Positions 49,425 through 58,913 are shown, counted from the first letter of the stretch. The stretch: 64,000 nucleotides of DNA from a virus (IMGVR_UViG_3300020011_000226:32001-96000); one strand, 5' to 3'. The notes: generated by a model from the letters alone, not told the origin. Made by a program: numbers and translations.

Positions 49425-50616
49425 AGATATAGCGGTTTAATACTTCAATATATTCCTGAATGAAGGGATTTTCTGAATATTGATAAAGCTCTGCCTTCAT
49501 TGCCTTAGCAATCTTGGACTGATATAATTCCCAGTCATTATAGAGACCCTCAGGAGGATTTGCTTCCACATGTCTGTTAATGCAGAATTCTACAACAAAC
49601 TCTTTCCACTCATCAAAGTTGTCTGAATCGGGGAATATCTCTTCATACTTTTTATTCATGTGACGAGTGACCCACTGCTTCAGATCGAGGTCTTTGTTGA
49701 CAATGAAAGAACAGGTAATCATCTGGCATATTAAATGGTGAATCTGCTCAGCATCAGGCTTCCACTCGGATAAATCAGTTATTTCCTCCACTTCTTTCTC
49801 TGCGAAGAGTATCTGCTCTTCTGCTTCAGCCTTCTGGGCATTTCTCCATGTATTAAAGGAGAAATCATTGTCCCCCTTGATAGCAGATGGGACTGTAGCT
49901 AATGGGAATTTATCAAGCTCTTGTTTCTTCTGAGCTTCAATTTCCTCAAACCTCTTATCAAGGAAGTCATAGGGATTGTCTACTACCTCTCGACGCACAT
50001 CCAGTATGAAATACTCAATGGTAGTATTGTCTGTAGTAACCTCAGTGACTTCACCTCCCAGATTAAGTTGCTTTTCACCCTCACCAAAGAACTCATAGGA
50101 ATCACCAAGGTTTATAGTAGTTACTTTCTGCTTTGTTTTTACTTTTCTGGTAATAGCAGCCTGATATGTGCCTTTAGTATCTACAATCAGAGAGATAAAA
50201 CAGTTGGTGTCATTACCTTCTGACCAAAGGGTCTTTAAGTCTTGGCCACTGAAAAACGCACCCATGGTGTGGTGTGAATGCACCAATGACAAATCACAGT
50301 CAAATAATTCTATGTTTTTTGCCATATATGCAGAGACATCAGGAGTCATTTTGAACTCTGTCCATCCATTTGTACCTATGTCCATAGGAAACAAGTCTAC
50401 ACAATAGATTTCCAAGTCTCCATTTTCAAAAGTTCCAGAATGGGTAGTAAAGAGTACTCCAGACCACTCAGTATGAGGAAACTTTCTGATGAGATACCTG
50501 ATTTTCCCTTCTACCTCGCGTGGTACAAAGAGCTTATATGTAGCAGATTGTTTGATCAGTCTGGGCAGGATTTTGATTTCCTCCTGCTTCTGGTAATTGT
50601 TTGGGTTTATTTCCAT
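49417..50616 (-). CDS. JAB/MPN+ metallo-isopeptidase
   Basis: EWSGVL ... HSHHTMGAFFSGQD matches E-xn-HxH-x7-S-x2-D. Confidence 0.88.
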   Translation of the reverse strand: MEINPNNYQKQEEIKILPRLIKQSATYKLFVPREVEGKIRYLIRKFPHTEWSGVLFTTHSGTFENGDLEIYCVDLFPMDIGTNGWTEFKMTPDVSAYMAKNIELFDCDLSLVHSHHTMGAFFSGQDLKTLWSEGNDTNCFISLIVDTKGTYQAAITRKVKTKQKVTTINLGDSYEFFGEGEKQLNLGGEVTEVTTDNTTIEYFILDVRREVVDNPYDFLDKRFEEIEAQKKQELDKFPLATVPSAIKGDNDFSFNTWRNAQKAEAEEQILFAEKEVEEITDLSEWKPDAEQIHHLICQMITCSFIVNKDLDLKQWVTRHMNKKYEEIFPDSDNFDEWKEFVVEFCINRHVEANPPEGLYNDWELYQSKIAKAMKAELYQYSENPFIQEYIEVLNRYIYE

Positions 50617-51754
50617 AATGATAGTCAATGATTCTTAGAATGTTGTTTAGGATGGACAATGCCAGTACCTTGTTCAGTATAAGGGTTGCTCCCTCTTCGT
50701 TATTGCTTGAAGTACTGAAAATTTTCAGTTTGATGTCTTCTCCTTTAAACCAGAGGACATGCCTGCCTTCATACTGTTGGAGATTGGTAGAATCCAGATT
50801 ATTGTATGAATAGAACTTACCATCTACAACAAATGTCTTGATAAGCCATTTGTTAGTGAAAAGAGGTTCTACATCTTCTTTGCTGAAAGACTGGTTGAAC
50901 CAGCTGATAAAGGCATTGGAAATATCAATCATAAAGTCGAAGAAATGCATACCACACTGGTATCTTCCGTTAATAAAACAAAGTTGCAGAGTTCCCAAAG
51001 ACAAGTAATAGTCTGTGAAAGTCCTAATATGACGTTCAAATACTCCTGTATGCGTTTTATCAAAGAAGAGAAGAGCCTTAGGGTCAACATCCTCAAACTG
51101 GGTGTATTCTTTCATTGGCGCTTTTCTTCCAATCTCCTCTAGCTTTCTATATGGGCCACCAGTAAGAGACTCAACAGTAACATATCTTGACAGTTCCTCA
51201 CAGAAAAGCATCCATGCGATTTCATCACAATCGTTCTTCAAGTCAGCAATAGTATTGCCGATAGGCCCTGTTCCCAGACAAGGATCCTGGAAACCAACCT
51301 CTTCATCCATGCGATACCTTCCTGGTACATGAGAATGTATATACCCTGATACAAACTGAATATCTGAGAAAGTGCTTCTTTCTAATTGGAATCCGTAGTT
51401 TTCATAGGGTATTCGACCTTCCATAGTCAGTTTAATCTTTGCATAGAGGTCTTGGATTTCCACAGATTTATTATGTTCATTGGTGACAGTCACCTTAGGC
51501 CACCATACATAAATGTATGGTTGGATGGATGCAAATGATTCCTTAATATCATCCAGCTGAATGTCAGGAATGTCATACCTTCCGTCAGGTTCTGCTGCTA
51601 TTCCTAAATTTCGGACAGCATGTACTATCATAGAGTCACCAGCAATGCCTTGTATATCCACATACTCCTCCTTGAAGAAGTCTACAAAAATCTGATAAAC
51701 TAAGTGGACTTGGGAAAATATAGTATCCCGAAGCTCATTGATTGTGTACAACAT
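50534..51754 (-). CDS. Prokaryotic E2-like (UBC-fold) protein
   Basis: YIHSHV...QDPCLGTG resembles the E2 HPN...CL/CxG active site; lies between the Ubl and JAB genes. Confidence 0.6.
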   Translation of the reverse strand: MLYTINELRDTIFSQVHLVYQIFVDFFKEEYVDIQGIAGDSMIVHAVRNLGIAAEPDGRYDIPDIQLDDIKESFASIQPYIYVWWPKVTVTNEHNKSVEIQDLYAKIKLTMEGRIPYENYGFQLERSTFSDIQFVSGYIHSHVPGRYRMDEEVGFQDPCLGTGPIGNTIADLKNDCDEIAWMLFCEELSRYVTVESLTGGPYRKLEEIGRKAPMKEYTQFEDVDPKALLFFDKTHTGVFERHIRTFTDYYLSLGTLQLCFINGRYQCGMHFFDFMIDISNAFISWFNQSFSKEDVEPLFTNKWLIKTFVVDGKFYSYNNLDSTNLQQYEGRHVLWFKGEDIKLKIFSTSSNNEEGATLILNKVLALSILNNILRIIDYHYGNKPKQLPEAGGNQNPAQTDQTICYI

Positions 51755-51771
51755 AAGAATGATTTAAATTA

Positions 51772-51808
51772 GAATAAAAGAGGCAGGATAACTTAACACC
51801 CTGCCTCT
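51772..51808 (-). terminator. Intra-operon terminator between the Ubl and E2 genes
   Basis: AGAGGCAGG...CCTGCCTCT 9-bp stem followed by UUUUAUU on the minus strand. Confidence 0.7.
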
Positions 51809-51834
51809 ATAGACACAACCAAATACAGTCAGAC

Positions 51835-52512
51835 TTAGAGGTCTGCTATCATTTTGTCAACAACATCATCAGACACCTTAGGCTCAGCCTCTTTCAGACG
51901 GCCAGCCAGCTCTGTGACAAGCTCTGCAAGCACCACTACATCATCAGCATAAAGCAGGCGGTCATTAACCATAGCCTTGATACCATCATAGAACCAGTCA
52001 ACTGTATTGGCATGGGGAGCTGTTACAGCAGGAGTTGGAGTATTAACTTTCTCTTCCTTCTTACTGCCAAAGTTGTCAAGCTCCTCGCGGGTTTCCTCCA
52101 AAACATCTGCACCTCTACGGTTGATGTCAATATACTGCTCAAGTACATCAGTCTTCACGCGGGTGTAGTTCTGACCCTCCCCCTCAAGAATAGCACCCAT
52201 AAGTTTCATTTCCTTCACCAAACGGTAAGCTTCCTTTCTATCCATAGCACCAGAGGCAATCTGCTTGTTGGGATTGGTCAGCAGGATTACCAGGTCATTG
52301 GTAGGCTGTCCCTTGTACATAATGTTAGAGGGCAGCTGAGTATCTCGACTCAACAACTGGGTCTTGGTAATACCCTCAGTGAATGACATACCAGAGAAAT
52401 CAATACCTTGGGCAATCATCTGATCTTGGAGTTCACCCAACGTGGTGGCTGAAGTCTGAATAGTGTGACGCTGTTGAGTCTTAGTGTTGGCAATTCTAAT
52501 TGTTCTTTCCAT
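51835..52512 (-). CDS. Ubiquitin-like (beta-grasp) precursor with a C-terminal extension
   Basis: About 88-aa N-domain with a beta-beta-alpha-beta pattern (RTIRI..RHTIQT.ATTLGELQ...DTQLP...LVILLT) ending KQIASG-A; first gene upstream of E2/JAB/E1. Confidence 0.65.
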   Translation of the reverse strand: MERTIRIANTKTQQRHTIQTSATTLGELQDQMIAQGIDFSGMSFTEGITKTQLLSRDTQLPSNIMYKGQPTNDLVILLTNPNKQIASGAMDRKEAYRLVKEMKLMGAILEGEGQNYTRVKTDVLEQYIDINRRGADVLEETREELDNFGSKKEEKVNTPTPAVTAPHANTVDWFYDGIKAMVNDRLLYADDVVVLAELVTELAGRLKEAEPKVSDDVVDKMIADL

Positions 52513-52529
52513 AATATAAAACGTTTTAA

Positions 52530-53543
52530 TTAATGAAATAATGTTTCTAGTTTTTTAAAATCTTCTTTATTGGCAAGGGACTTATAGTGATCGCTCAAAT
52601 CTTTCTCCTTGCCTAAGTCAGGCACAATATTAGTAAATCCTGTAGCCTGCGAGAGTTTAATGGCATCCTGTCTACCTGCCTCATCGGTATCATAGCAGAT
52701 AAACACTTTCTTGTATCTTCTTCTGAGTTCCTTTACAGCGGTGTCTGAAAGATTGTAGGCTTCTCCCTGAGGAGCAATAGCTGGAATGTGTAATTGGCAG
52801 GACAGACAAAGGCTATCCTTAAGGCTGCTACATATGACAATCCTATCACCATACTCAGGAACTTTAGTCCAAAGTGAGATGACTGAGGAATCCATGCAGC
52901 TGCACCATTTAAATCCTTTAGTATCGAATGGGCTATAAATCTTCAGCTGTAGGTTGCCTTCCTTTCTTTCTACATAGCAGTAGCAATACTTTGGGGATGG
53001 GAAAATGTATGTCCTGGTTTTACCAGTATCCTTGTCCTTCTTAGTGATAATCTTATGTGAAACAGCATACACCTCCCCATACTTCAACCATTGTTTCTCT
53101 ATACCATAAGAAGCCCAGTAGTCATAGTCATATTGCTGCCAAGGCCTCACCTTGACCTGTATCTTTGTAAGCTCTGAGAACTCCTTGCGTGTGAGGGTCT
53201 TGATAGGCTTCATCTTGACAGAAGGGGAGACCCCTTTTGCACTGTCCTGCATGACTTGAAGGATTCTGTCAAAGACCTGATTAAAGGTACATTTCCACTT
53301 CTTGCATAGCAAGTCAAGCAAACTGCCTCTACAGCCTGGGTCACCAAAGTCCTTGAACTTAACATGGTGGTCATCGTCCAGATAGATACTGAAGGAGGGG
53401 TTGGCATCAATCCTGAAAGGAGAGTTGATTATACATGGGATACTGGTTACCTCTGGAAATACTGTGGTCAAGATATTAACCTCAGGATACTTCTCAAAGA
53501 GTTCTAGGATGGAGATACTGGTGGATGTCTTGCCTACTATCAT
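52530..53543 (-). CDS. DNA primase (DnaG-like TOPRIM)
   Basis: SPFRIDANPSF..FKDFG N-domain; SSLKD, PQGE, CYDTDEAG and KDLSD motifs. Confidence 0.85.
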   Translation of the reverse strand: MIVGKTSTSISILELFEKYPEVNILTTVFPEVTSIPCIINSPFRIDANPSFSIYLDDDHHVKFKDFGDPGCRGSLLDLLCKKWKCTFNQVFDRILQVMQDSAKGVSPSVKMKPIKTLTRKEFSELTKIQVKVRPWQQYDYDYWASYGIEKQWLKYGEVYAVSHKIITKKDKDTGKTRTYIFPSPKYCYCYVERKEGNLQLKIYSPFDTKGFKWCSCMDSSVISLWTKVPEYGDRIVICSSLKDSLCLSCQLHIPAIAPQGEAYNLSDTAVKELRRRYKKVFICYDTDEAGRQDAIKLSQATGFTNIVPDLGKEKDLSDHYKSLANKEDFKKLETLFH

Positions 53544-53579
53544 AAGATTATCACTGAAGAAAGATTAGAAAATGGGATT

Positions 53580-53614
53580 GGGAGGAAGATTGAAACCATA
53601 AGAACTTCCTCCCT
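53580..53614 (-). terminator. Intergenic hairpin
   Basis: GGGAGGAAG...CTTCCTCCC inverted repeat. Confidence 0.5.
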
Positions 53615-53634
53615 TGGCTATCTGCCACTAACCA

Positions 53635-54585
53635 TTAGCCATCCCAAGGCATCTTATCGCTGTTGTCACTGCCTGAATCAGCAGGAGCCTGCTCCAGATT
53701 GGTAGCTTCTACTGTGTACTCCTGAAGCTCCTGTACACGGAACTCTGTAGTAGTGAAAGCACCATTCTGCTTAGCCTGTGCAAGAACCTTCTCCAGTCTC
53801 TCATAAGCCTTGCTGCCTGCACTGTTGCGGAGAATCATATCCCCACGGGAAGCAATGGTCTGATACTGCTTGCCCTCCTCAGTAGTACGGACACCATAGA
53901 GCAACTTCACCTTATTGTTAGCACGAATGCCAATGGCTTCAGAAAGCTCAGAGAAATTGCCAGTAAAGTAATCCTTGATGTGCTCCAGCTTGAACACATA
54001 CTCCTGTGCATTCTCCTTCTTGACCCACACACCATTAACATAGTTGAAAACATCTTCTGCACAGAGATAGGCCTTAAGGAAATCAACTAGGTCACACTCT
54101 CCTACACATGCCATACGATACTTTGTATCAATCTTCTGAGGATTGCCATCATCCTTCATAATGGGCTTGTTGGCCTTGGCATCTTCCTCATTGACCCATG
54201 TATGGTTGCCATAGTCATCAATAACCTGTACCTTGGTCTTGTCACGGTTATAAGCAGGCTCTAAGCGAAGGGTAAACATCAGGCGATTGGTTACCTCTAT
54301 GCCATTGTTAGCCTCTGGGTCTGTGCGCACAATAAAGTTGATATGAGCCTCCTTGCCATTCTCACCTTCCTTGATATATTCAGGATCACTCTGGCTCTCA
54401 TAGCCCATCAGCTCATCCAGCTTGCCCTTCTTAGGATTGACAGCCAGTACAAAGCTACTGCCTACACCAACATAACGTGCAAAACTTTCACCAGTCTCTT
54501 TACTCTCCTGAGTCTTGCCAATAGCAAGGAAGCTGACAGTGGCCTTCTTGCGGTCTGAATAATTGTTGTTTAAATTCTCTTTCAT
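53635..54585 (-). CDS. Putative single-stranded DNA-binding protein
   Basis: Located between primase and AAA ATPase; acidic tail ending DKMPWDG. Confidence 0.55.
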   Translation of the reverse strand: MKENLNNNYSDRKKATVSFLAIGKTQESKETGESFARYVGVGSSFVLAVNPKKGKLDELMGYESQSDPEYIKEGENGKEAHINFIVRTDPEANNGIEVTNRLMFTLRLEPAYNRDKTKVQVIDDYGNHTWVNEEDAKANKPIMKDDGNPQKIDTKYRMACVGECDLVDFLKAYLCAEDVFNYVNGVWVKKENAQEYVFKLEHIKDYFTGNFSELSEAIGIRANNKVKLLYGVRTTEEGKQYQTIASRGDMILRNSAGSKAYERLEKVLAQAKQNGAFTTTEFRVQELQEYTVEATNLEQAPADSGSDNSDKMPWDG

Positions 54586-54620
54586 ATTATTATTCTGTTA
54601 TTAGTTATGTTAATAATCCA

Positions 54621-55175
54621 TCATTGGTTCTCCCAGGGCATCTTGTTCTCTGACTCTTGCTCATTGGCAGGCTCAGCACCAACTCCTGCTCCTCCACGCT
54701 CATCTTCTGCATTATCTGCCTCAGGCTGAAACTCAGGCTCTTCAACAGGGTTCTCTACAGTGTCAGCCTGCTCATCAGGAACAGTGATGACATACTCCTT
54801 GGTAGTAGTGTCGTAGGAGACAATATCAGTAGGGATATACTTAGTAACCTTGTTACCTTTAGAGTCAGTCTCAATAACCTTCTTCACAAGGTCGGTAGCC
54901 TTGAAGCCAATAATCTGCACAATGCCTGCCTCTATGCCATCAATCTGGGAGTTCTTGTCTGCTACCTCAGCTTCCAAAGCTGTCTTCTTGGTCTCTAGCT
55001 CAGTCTTGATTCTATCCTTAAGCTTAGCAAGAGCCTGCTCTGCCTTTGCTTTGAACTCCTCATCCAGACCATCAATCTGGGCTTGGATTCTGTTTCTCTG
55101 ACGGATAATGGGGTCAATAGCCTTGGCCACACTTTTTGCACTTTGAAATTGTACAAATGAAATTCTTTTTTCCAT
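54621..55175 (-). CDS. Coiled-coil protein with an acidic tail ending NKMPWENQ
   Basis: Heptad region and SSB-like tail. Confidence 0.65.
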   Translation of the reverse strand: MEKRISFVQFQSAKSVAKAIDPIIRQRNRIQAQIDGLDEEFKAKAEQALAKLKDRIKTELETKKTALEAEVADKNSQIDGIEAGIVQIIGFKATDLVKKVIETDSKGNKVTKYIPTDIVSYDTTTKEYVITVPDEQADTVENPVEEPEFQPEADNAEDERGGAGVGAEPANEQESENKMPWENQ

Positions 55176-55238
55176 TGTTTTGTTATGAATTAAATTAATT
55201 AATATTTCTTAGACAGACTGGCAGAACCAGCCTGCACA

Positions 55239-55940
55239 CTATACCATTTTGTAGTACTCACGGATTCTGTCATCTACCAGTTTTAGGCTGTTGGGAATCT
55301 CAAACTCAGAGAATAAGCCCAGCGGAGTTTTGGCTGAAGAGTGATTGGCCTTAGTCTGAAAGAAGTGCTTATTATCTCCATTGTCTCCGTAGTCTACTCT
55401 AGTCATCAAGACAATAGGATAGAACCCCTCTGGCTGAGTCTTGGTAAGCTTCTTGCCAATCACTGAGAACACCATCTTCTCTGTACCATCCTGCTGTGTC
55501 TGGAGCATGGTATGACCAAAGATATAGACTATCTGGTCATCACGTAGTGTTGAATTACACAGGTCATTGAGTTCAATAACATCGTTTGCAAGATCCCTCC
55601 ACTGATCGAAGGACATCTTCTTGCGGTCATTGAATTCCTTCATGGCCAGCCAGATGTTAATTGTATCAATAGACACAGACTTAATTGCGCGGTTGTCTTT
55701 ACAATACTTTAAGGCTTTTCGGATGTCCTCAAAGTTAGCAGGTTCCATATAATTGTGTTGTTCAGTTCCCCACATGCCTGCTGGGAAAGGAAGAGTCTTT
55801 CTATCCAAATTAATAATGAAATGACTCTTTGGATTCATACCCTGATAGTTCTTTAGGTCAAAGTTACCATCAGGATTAATGATGGTTGAAGTTGTTTTGC
55901 CATCGCCTGATGGACCTAAAATTGCAACTGTTACTGCCAT
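55239..55940 (-). CDS. AAA/P-loop ATPase (Sak4/AAA_24-like)
   Basis: GPSGDGKTT Walker A, VSIDT Walker B, SAKTPLG. Confidence 0.85.
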   Translation of the reverse strand: MAVTVAILGPSGDGKTTSTIINPDGNFDLKNYQGMNPKSHFIINLDRKTLPFPAGMWGTEQHNYMEPANFEDIRKALKYCKDNRAIKSVSIDTINIWLAMKEFNDRKKMSFDQWRDLANDVIELNDLCNSTLRDDQIVYIFGHTMLQTQQDGTEKMVFSVIGKKLTKTQPEGFYPIVLMTRVDYGDNGDNKHFFQTKANHSSAKTPLGLFSEFEIPNSLKLVDDRIREYYKMV

Positions 55941-55972
55941 TTTTTCTTCTACTCTTTTAAATTGTTAGTGAC

Positions 55973-55982
55973 TGCAAAGTTA
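55973..55982 (-). promoter_or_regulatory. -7 box TAACTTTGCA
   Basis: TAnnTTTG box, intergenic upstream of the ATPase gene. Confidence 0.65.
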
Positions 55983-56040
55983 TTCTTCTCGAAGAAGAAG
56001 AAAGCCTTGCTAAAAATTATAATATGAAAATTGAAGGGAA

Positions 56041-57192
56041 TTACTTAGGATGAGTTAATTCAAGAGGTTGAACTTCTGCCTCTGACTGCCATTGTTTAAT
56101 GAGGCTATAGTACCTGTTAAGTCTTTCTGTCTCTGTAGACTTAGGAAGCTCTTTAAAGGTACTGGTAGCACCATCAAAGAAGAGAGGGCACTCAAACCCA
56201 TTAGCACCATAATCTCTATCCTCAAGTATTTCAAGAAACCTGCAATAACCTTCTAACTTGGCTATGTCATAGTTGTTGTGTTCCTTTTTCTTGAATTTAT
56301 AGGGACTATATAGCCCAATAATACAGTTAGCATCTCTTGAAGTGGTTTTACAATCCCCCAATCCATCTGTTGTTGGGTGGACTCTATCCATTTTAAGGTT
56401 CTCAATGCCTTCCTGAGACTGGGCTTGATGCTGGATGAATACTACAACATAGTTGAGCTGTTTTCTTAAGGTTATATTGTACTTACTCATCTTCTCAATA
56501 GCCTCTCTTTGGTCTTTACATCCTTTTTCTACTGTGAGATTGGCAGCATTATCCAGTATAATGATTCTGTACTCATCCTCATCATCCTGAGTGTATGGCT
56601 TGATGGGGTCAACAACCCTTTTATCCTCCAAGTCACCTGTAAGCTCGTTGGTTACTTTGATGGTGGTGTAGTTCATGTGGCCATGCTCCATAGCATAATC
56701 CCTGCATTTTTTATTGATGCCTGTAGGGTTTTTATCAGTATCATTGAAGATAACCATGTTTTCATAAGCTTGTATATACCTCTGATACCTTTCAGACTCC
56801 AATAGTTCAAAGATGCGAGGATCACAAGGATTATCCACACTCCTTAACCTACGAGTATCAATATGAATATTATCCAGCCTGAAAAGCAGATGACACAAAA
56901 ATTCATTGTACTTTTCTTTTGCCCCCATCTCTAATGAGAAATAAAGCACCTTTACTTTCAATTCCGGGTGCTCCATCATATAAAATAAAGGCTCATAAAT
57001 AAAGAGGTAGTCTGCAAGCTTTGATTTACCTACCTTCTGATTTGCAGTTATTATTAAATACTTACCTTGCTCTACTCCTGGATAAATTCTTCTAAACCTT
57101 TCAAATGGAAACGGAAGACAATTGTACTTACCCTCAATAACTCTTTCTCTTCTTTGTCTATTTTCTGCTTGAACCTCTTGGAATTTGCTCAT
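56041..57192 (-). CDS. dnaB: Replicative helicase (DnaB-like)
   Basis: ANQKVGKS, YFSLEM, IILDN, IQHQ and DGLGDCKTTSRDAN motifs. Confidence 0.85.
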   Translation of the reverse strand: MSKFQEVQAENRQRRERVIEGKYNCLPFPFERFRRIYPGVEQGKYLIITANQKVGKSKLADYLFIYEPLFYMMEHPELKVKVLYFSLEMGAKEKYNEFLCHLLFRLDNIHIDTRRLRSVDNPCDPRIFELLESERYQRYIQAYENMVIFNDTDKNPTGINKKCRDYAMEHGHMNYTTIKVTNELTGDLEDKRVVDPIKPYTQDDEDEYRIIILDNAANLTVEKGCKDQREAIEKMSKYNITLRKQLNYVVVFIQHQAQSQEGIENLKMDRVHPTTDGLGDCKTTSRDANCIIGLYSPYKFKKKEHNNYDIAKLEGYCRFLEILEDRDYGANGFECPLFFDGATSTFKELPKSTETERLNRYYSLIKQWQSEAEVQPLELTHPK

Positions 57193-57677
57193 AGCTCCTC
57201 TAATAGGTCATTAAGATGCTGGTGCTCTATGGATAGGAGTTCCTTGTATTTCTTATAGGTAAGAGACACACAATCTTTCTGAGGAAAATTTTGAGGACTT
57301 GTAGCTGTAATAGCTGTGCCTCCATTGCCATACAGCATAGCATAGTAGTGATGGAGAATCTTGGAGCAAAGAGTACACATGAACTTATAGAGCTTAATCT
57401 TAGCTCTTGACTCCGCAATTCTCTCTCCAACCACAGCATCAAAGGCTTCCCCTTCTGCACATTTGGACTTGCCTGTGACAATGATAAGGTTCCTACTACC
57501 AGCAAGGATGCCCTTAAACTCTACAGACGGATGATAGCTTATCCAGACAAAGATGTGATCTGGTACAAAATGCCACCACTCAGGAAGACTTACTCTGCCA
57601 GTCAATGTTACCTCAGTCACTCGATTGTTGGAGGTCTGCACCTTCTTGAAATTGTTTTTAAAACTTACTTTAAACAT
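57189..57677 (-). CDS. Hypothetical protein
   Basis: GKSKCAEGEAFDAVVGERIAESRA motif typical of a phage small-protein family. Confidence 0.6.
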   Translation of the reverse strand: MFKVSFKNNFKKVQTSNNRVTEVTLTGRVSLPEWWHFVPDHIFVWISYHPSVEFKGILAGSRNLIIVTGKSKCAEGEAFDAVVGERIAESRAKIKLYKFMCTLCSKILHHYYAMLYGNGGTAITATSPQNFPQKDCVSLTYKKYKELLSIEHQHLNDLLEEL

Positions 57678-57680
57678 ATT

Positions 57681-58310
57681 CTATACAATTTTTGTAGTCC
57701 AGTCATCATTATTAACCTCACCAACCTCCCCCTCACTCTCCTTATTTTCAAGGAATGTCTCAAGATCAGATACTTGATTAACCTTTACATTACCCTCATC
57801 ATCCTCCTTCTTCTCATCTTTGAGGATAAAGTACTTGATAAGCCTCATGCTGGAATAGTTAGTGCGACTGTGAGCAGCAACATATCTACGGGTAGCATCC
57901 AATATCTCATCATCAGAATAGTTGCCACGCTGAGTGATGAATCTCTTCAGGGCCTTTACCACCTCGGAGTTGTTACAGCGAAAGTAATAGGGAGTCTCAC
58001 GGCCAAACCTGTCTTTCATCTTGCCCTTGGGATAGAGTTCCCTCATCTGCTGGGCAAGATTCAGCAGTCTTCCATCATCAATACCTTCTACCTTTAGGGA
58101 GTCAGCAAGAATTTCATCCAGCACGTCAGACCAATGCTGAGTAACCAGCAGGTCGTTGTTAGGCCCCCTGTTGACTATCACCTCTCTGTTCTTGAGGTTT
58201 TCCTTTACCTCCCTGATAGATTTGACAGTCCTAATAGTCAATGTCACAAGAAACTCCTCTATTGAGAGCTTATGCTTATGGCATTGTTTTTCATCAATTG
58301 TTATCTTCAT
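57681..58310 (-). CDS. Hypothetical replication-associated protein
   Basis: ELYPKG helical domain upstream of the helicase gene. Confidence 0.55.
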   Translation of the reverse strand: MKITIDEKQCHKHKLSIEEFLVTLTIRTVKSIREVKENLKNREVIVNRGPNNDLLVTQHWSDVLDEILADSLKVEGIDDGRLLNLAQQMRELYPKGKMKDRFGRETPYYFRCNNSEVVKALKRFITQRGNYSDDEILDATRRYVAAHSRTNYSSMRLIKYFILKDEKKEDDEGNVKVNQVSDLETFLENKESEGEVGEVNNDDWTTKIV

Positions 58311-58707
58311 CTTCTGTTGTTTCTGATTTTGGTTTTGGTGTATAAAAGTCTAACCAATAGGCTACATCAGGTTGATTCCATCCACCCTTATCATAAGCAA
58401 GGGGATGCATAGTGAGGGACTCACCATCTATACAGGTATTAATCTCTTCATTCTCATTTACTCTATGAGCATAGACTACCTTGAATCCACTTGCACAAGG
58501 TACAAGGGCTATGACCTCTCTGTGTACCTCTGGCAAATCCTCACCTTGGGCATCTTTCCACAAGCTCTTTAGGACATCAGAAGCTCCTTGGATGTAGGCT
58601 TTTCTCCTTGGAAGGTTAGAGTCATACTCTCCAGTAGCTTTCTTGTTCTGCTTGTGCTTAATAGGAAACAGCTCCAAGGCTTTTTCCATAATTTGTTTTC
58701 TTGTCAT
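58294..58707 (-). CDS. Hypothetical protein
   Basis: ORF in operon. Confidence 0.6.
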   Translation of the reverse strand: MTRKQIMEKALELFPIKHKQNKKATGEYDSNLPRRKAYIQGASDVLKSLWKDAQGEDLPEVHREVIALVPCASGFKVVYAHRVNENEEINTCIDGESLTMHPLAYDKGGWNQPDVAYWLDFYTPKPKSETTEDEDNN

Positions 58708-58709
58708 TG

Positions 58710-58913
58710 TTATTTCAGTTTAATTGTTACTTTACCCATATTGAATACAATAGAAGCCTCTTCTCCTCCTATACACTTCTCAGCAAGGTCATTGACTATT
58801 GCCTCCAGTTGGCCATAGTGCTTCATAACCAAGTCCTTGAGAGCAAAAGTACCTTTACTCTGGCTTCTATGAGGAGTAGGGTCTATAATTTTGTCTTTTC
58901 TTAAATCTATCAT
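58710..58913 (-). CDS. Hypothetical protein
   Basis: ATGA-coupled to the SF2 helicase gene. Confidence 0.5.
   Translation of the reverse strand: MIDLRKDKIIDPTPHRSQSKGTFALKDLVMKHYGQLEAIVNDLAEKCIGGEEASIVFNMGKVTIKLK

Noticed and set aside
49417-52512. Lambda gpK/gpI-like tail assembly JAB+Ubl pair
   Set aside because: The genes are in the replication module with E1/E2, have no NlpC/P60 domain and have no tail genes nearby.
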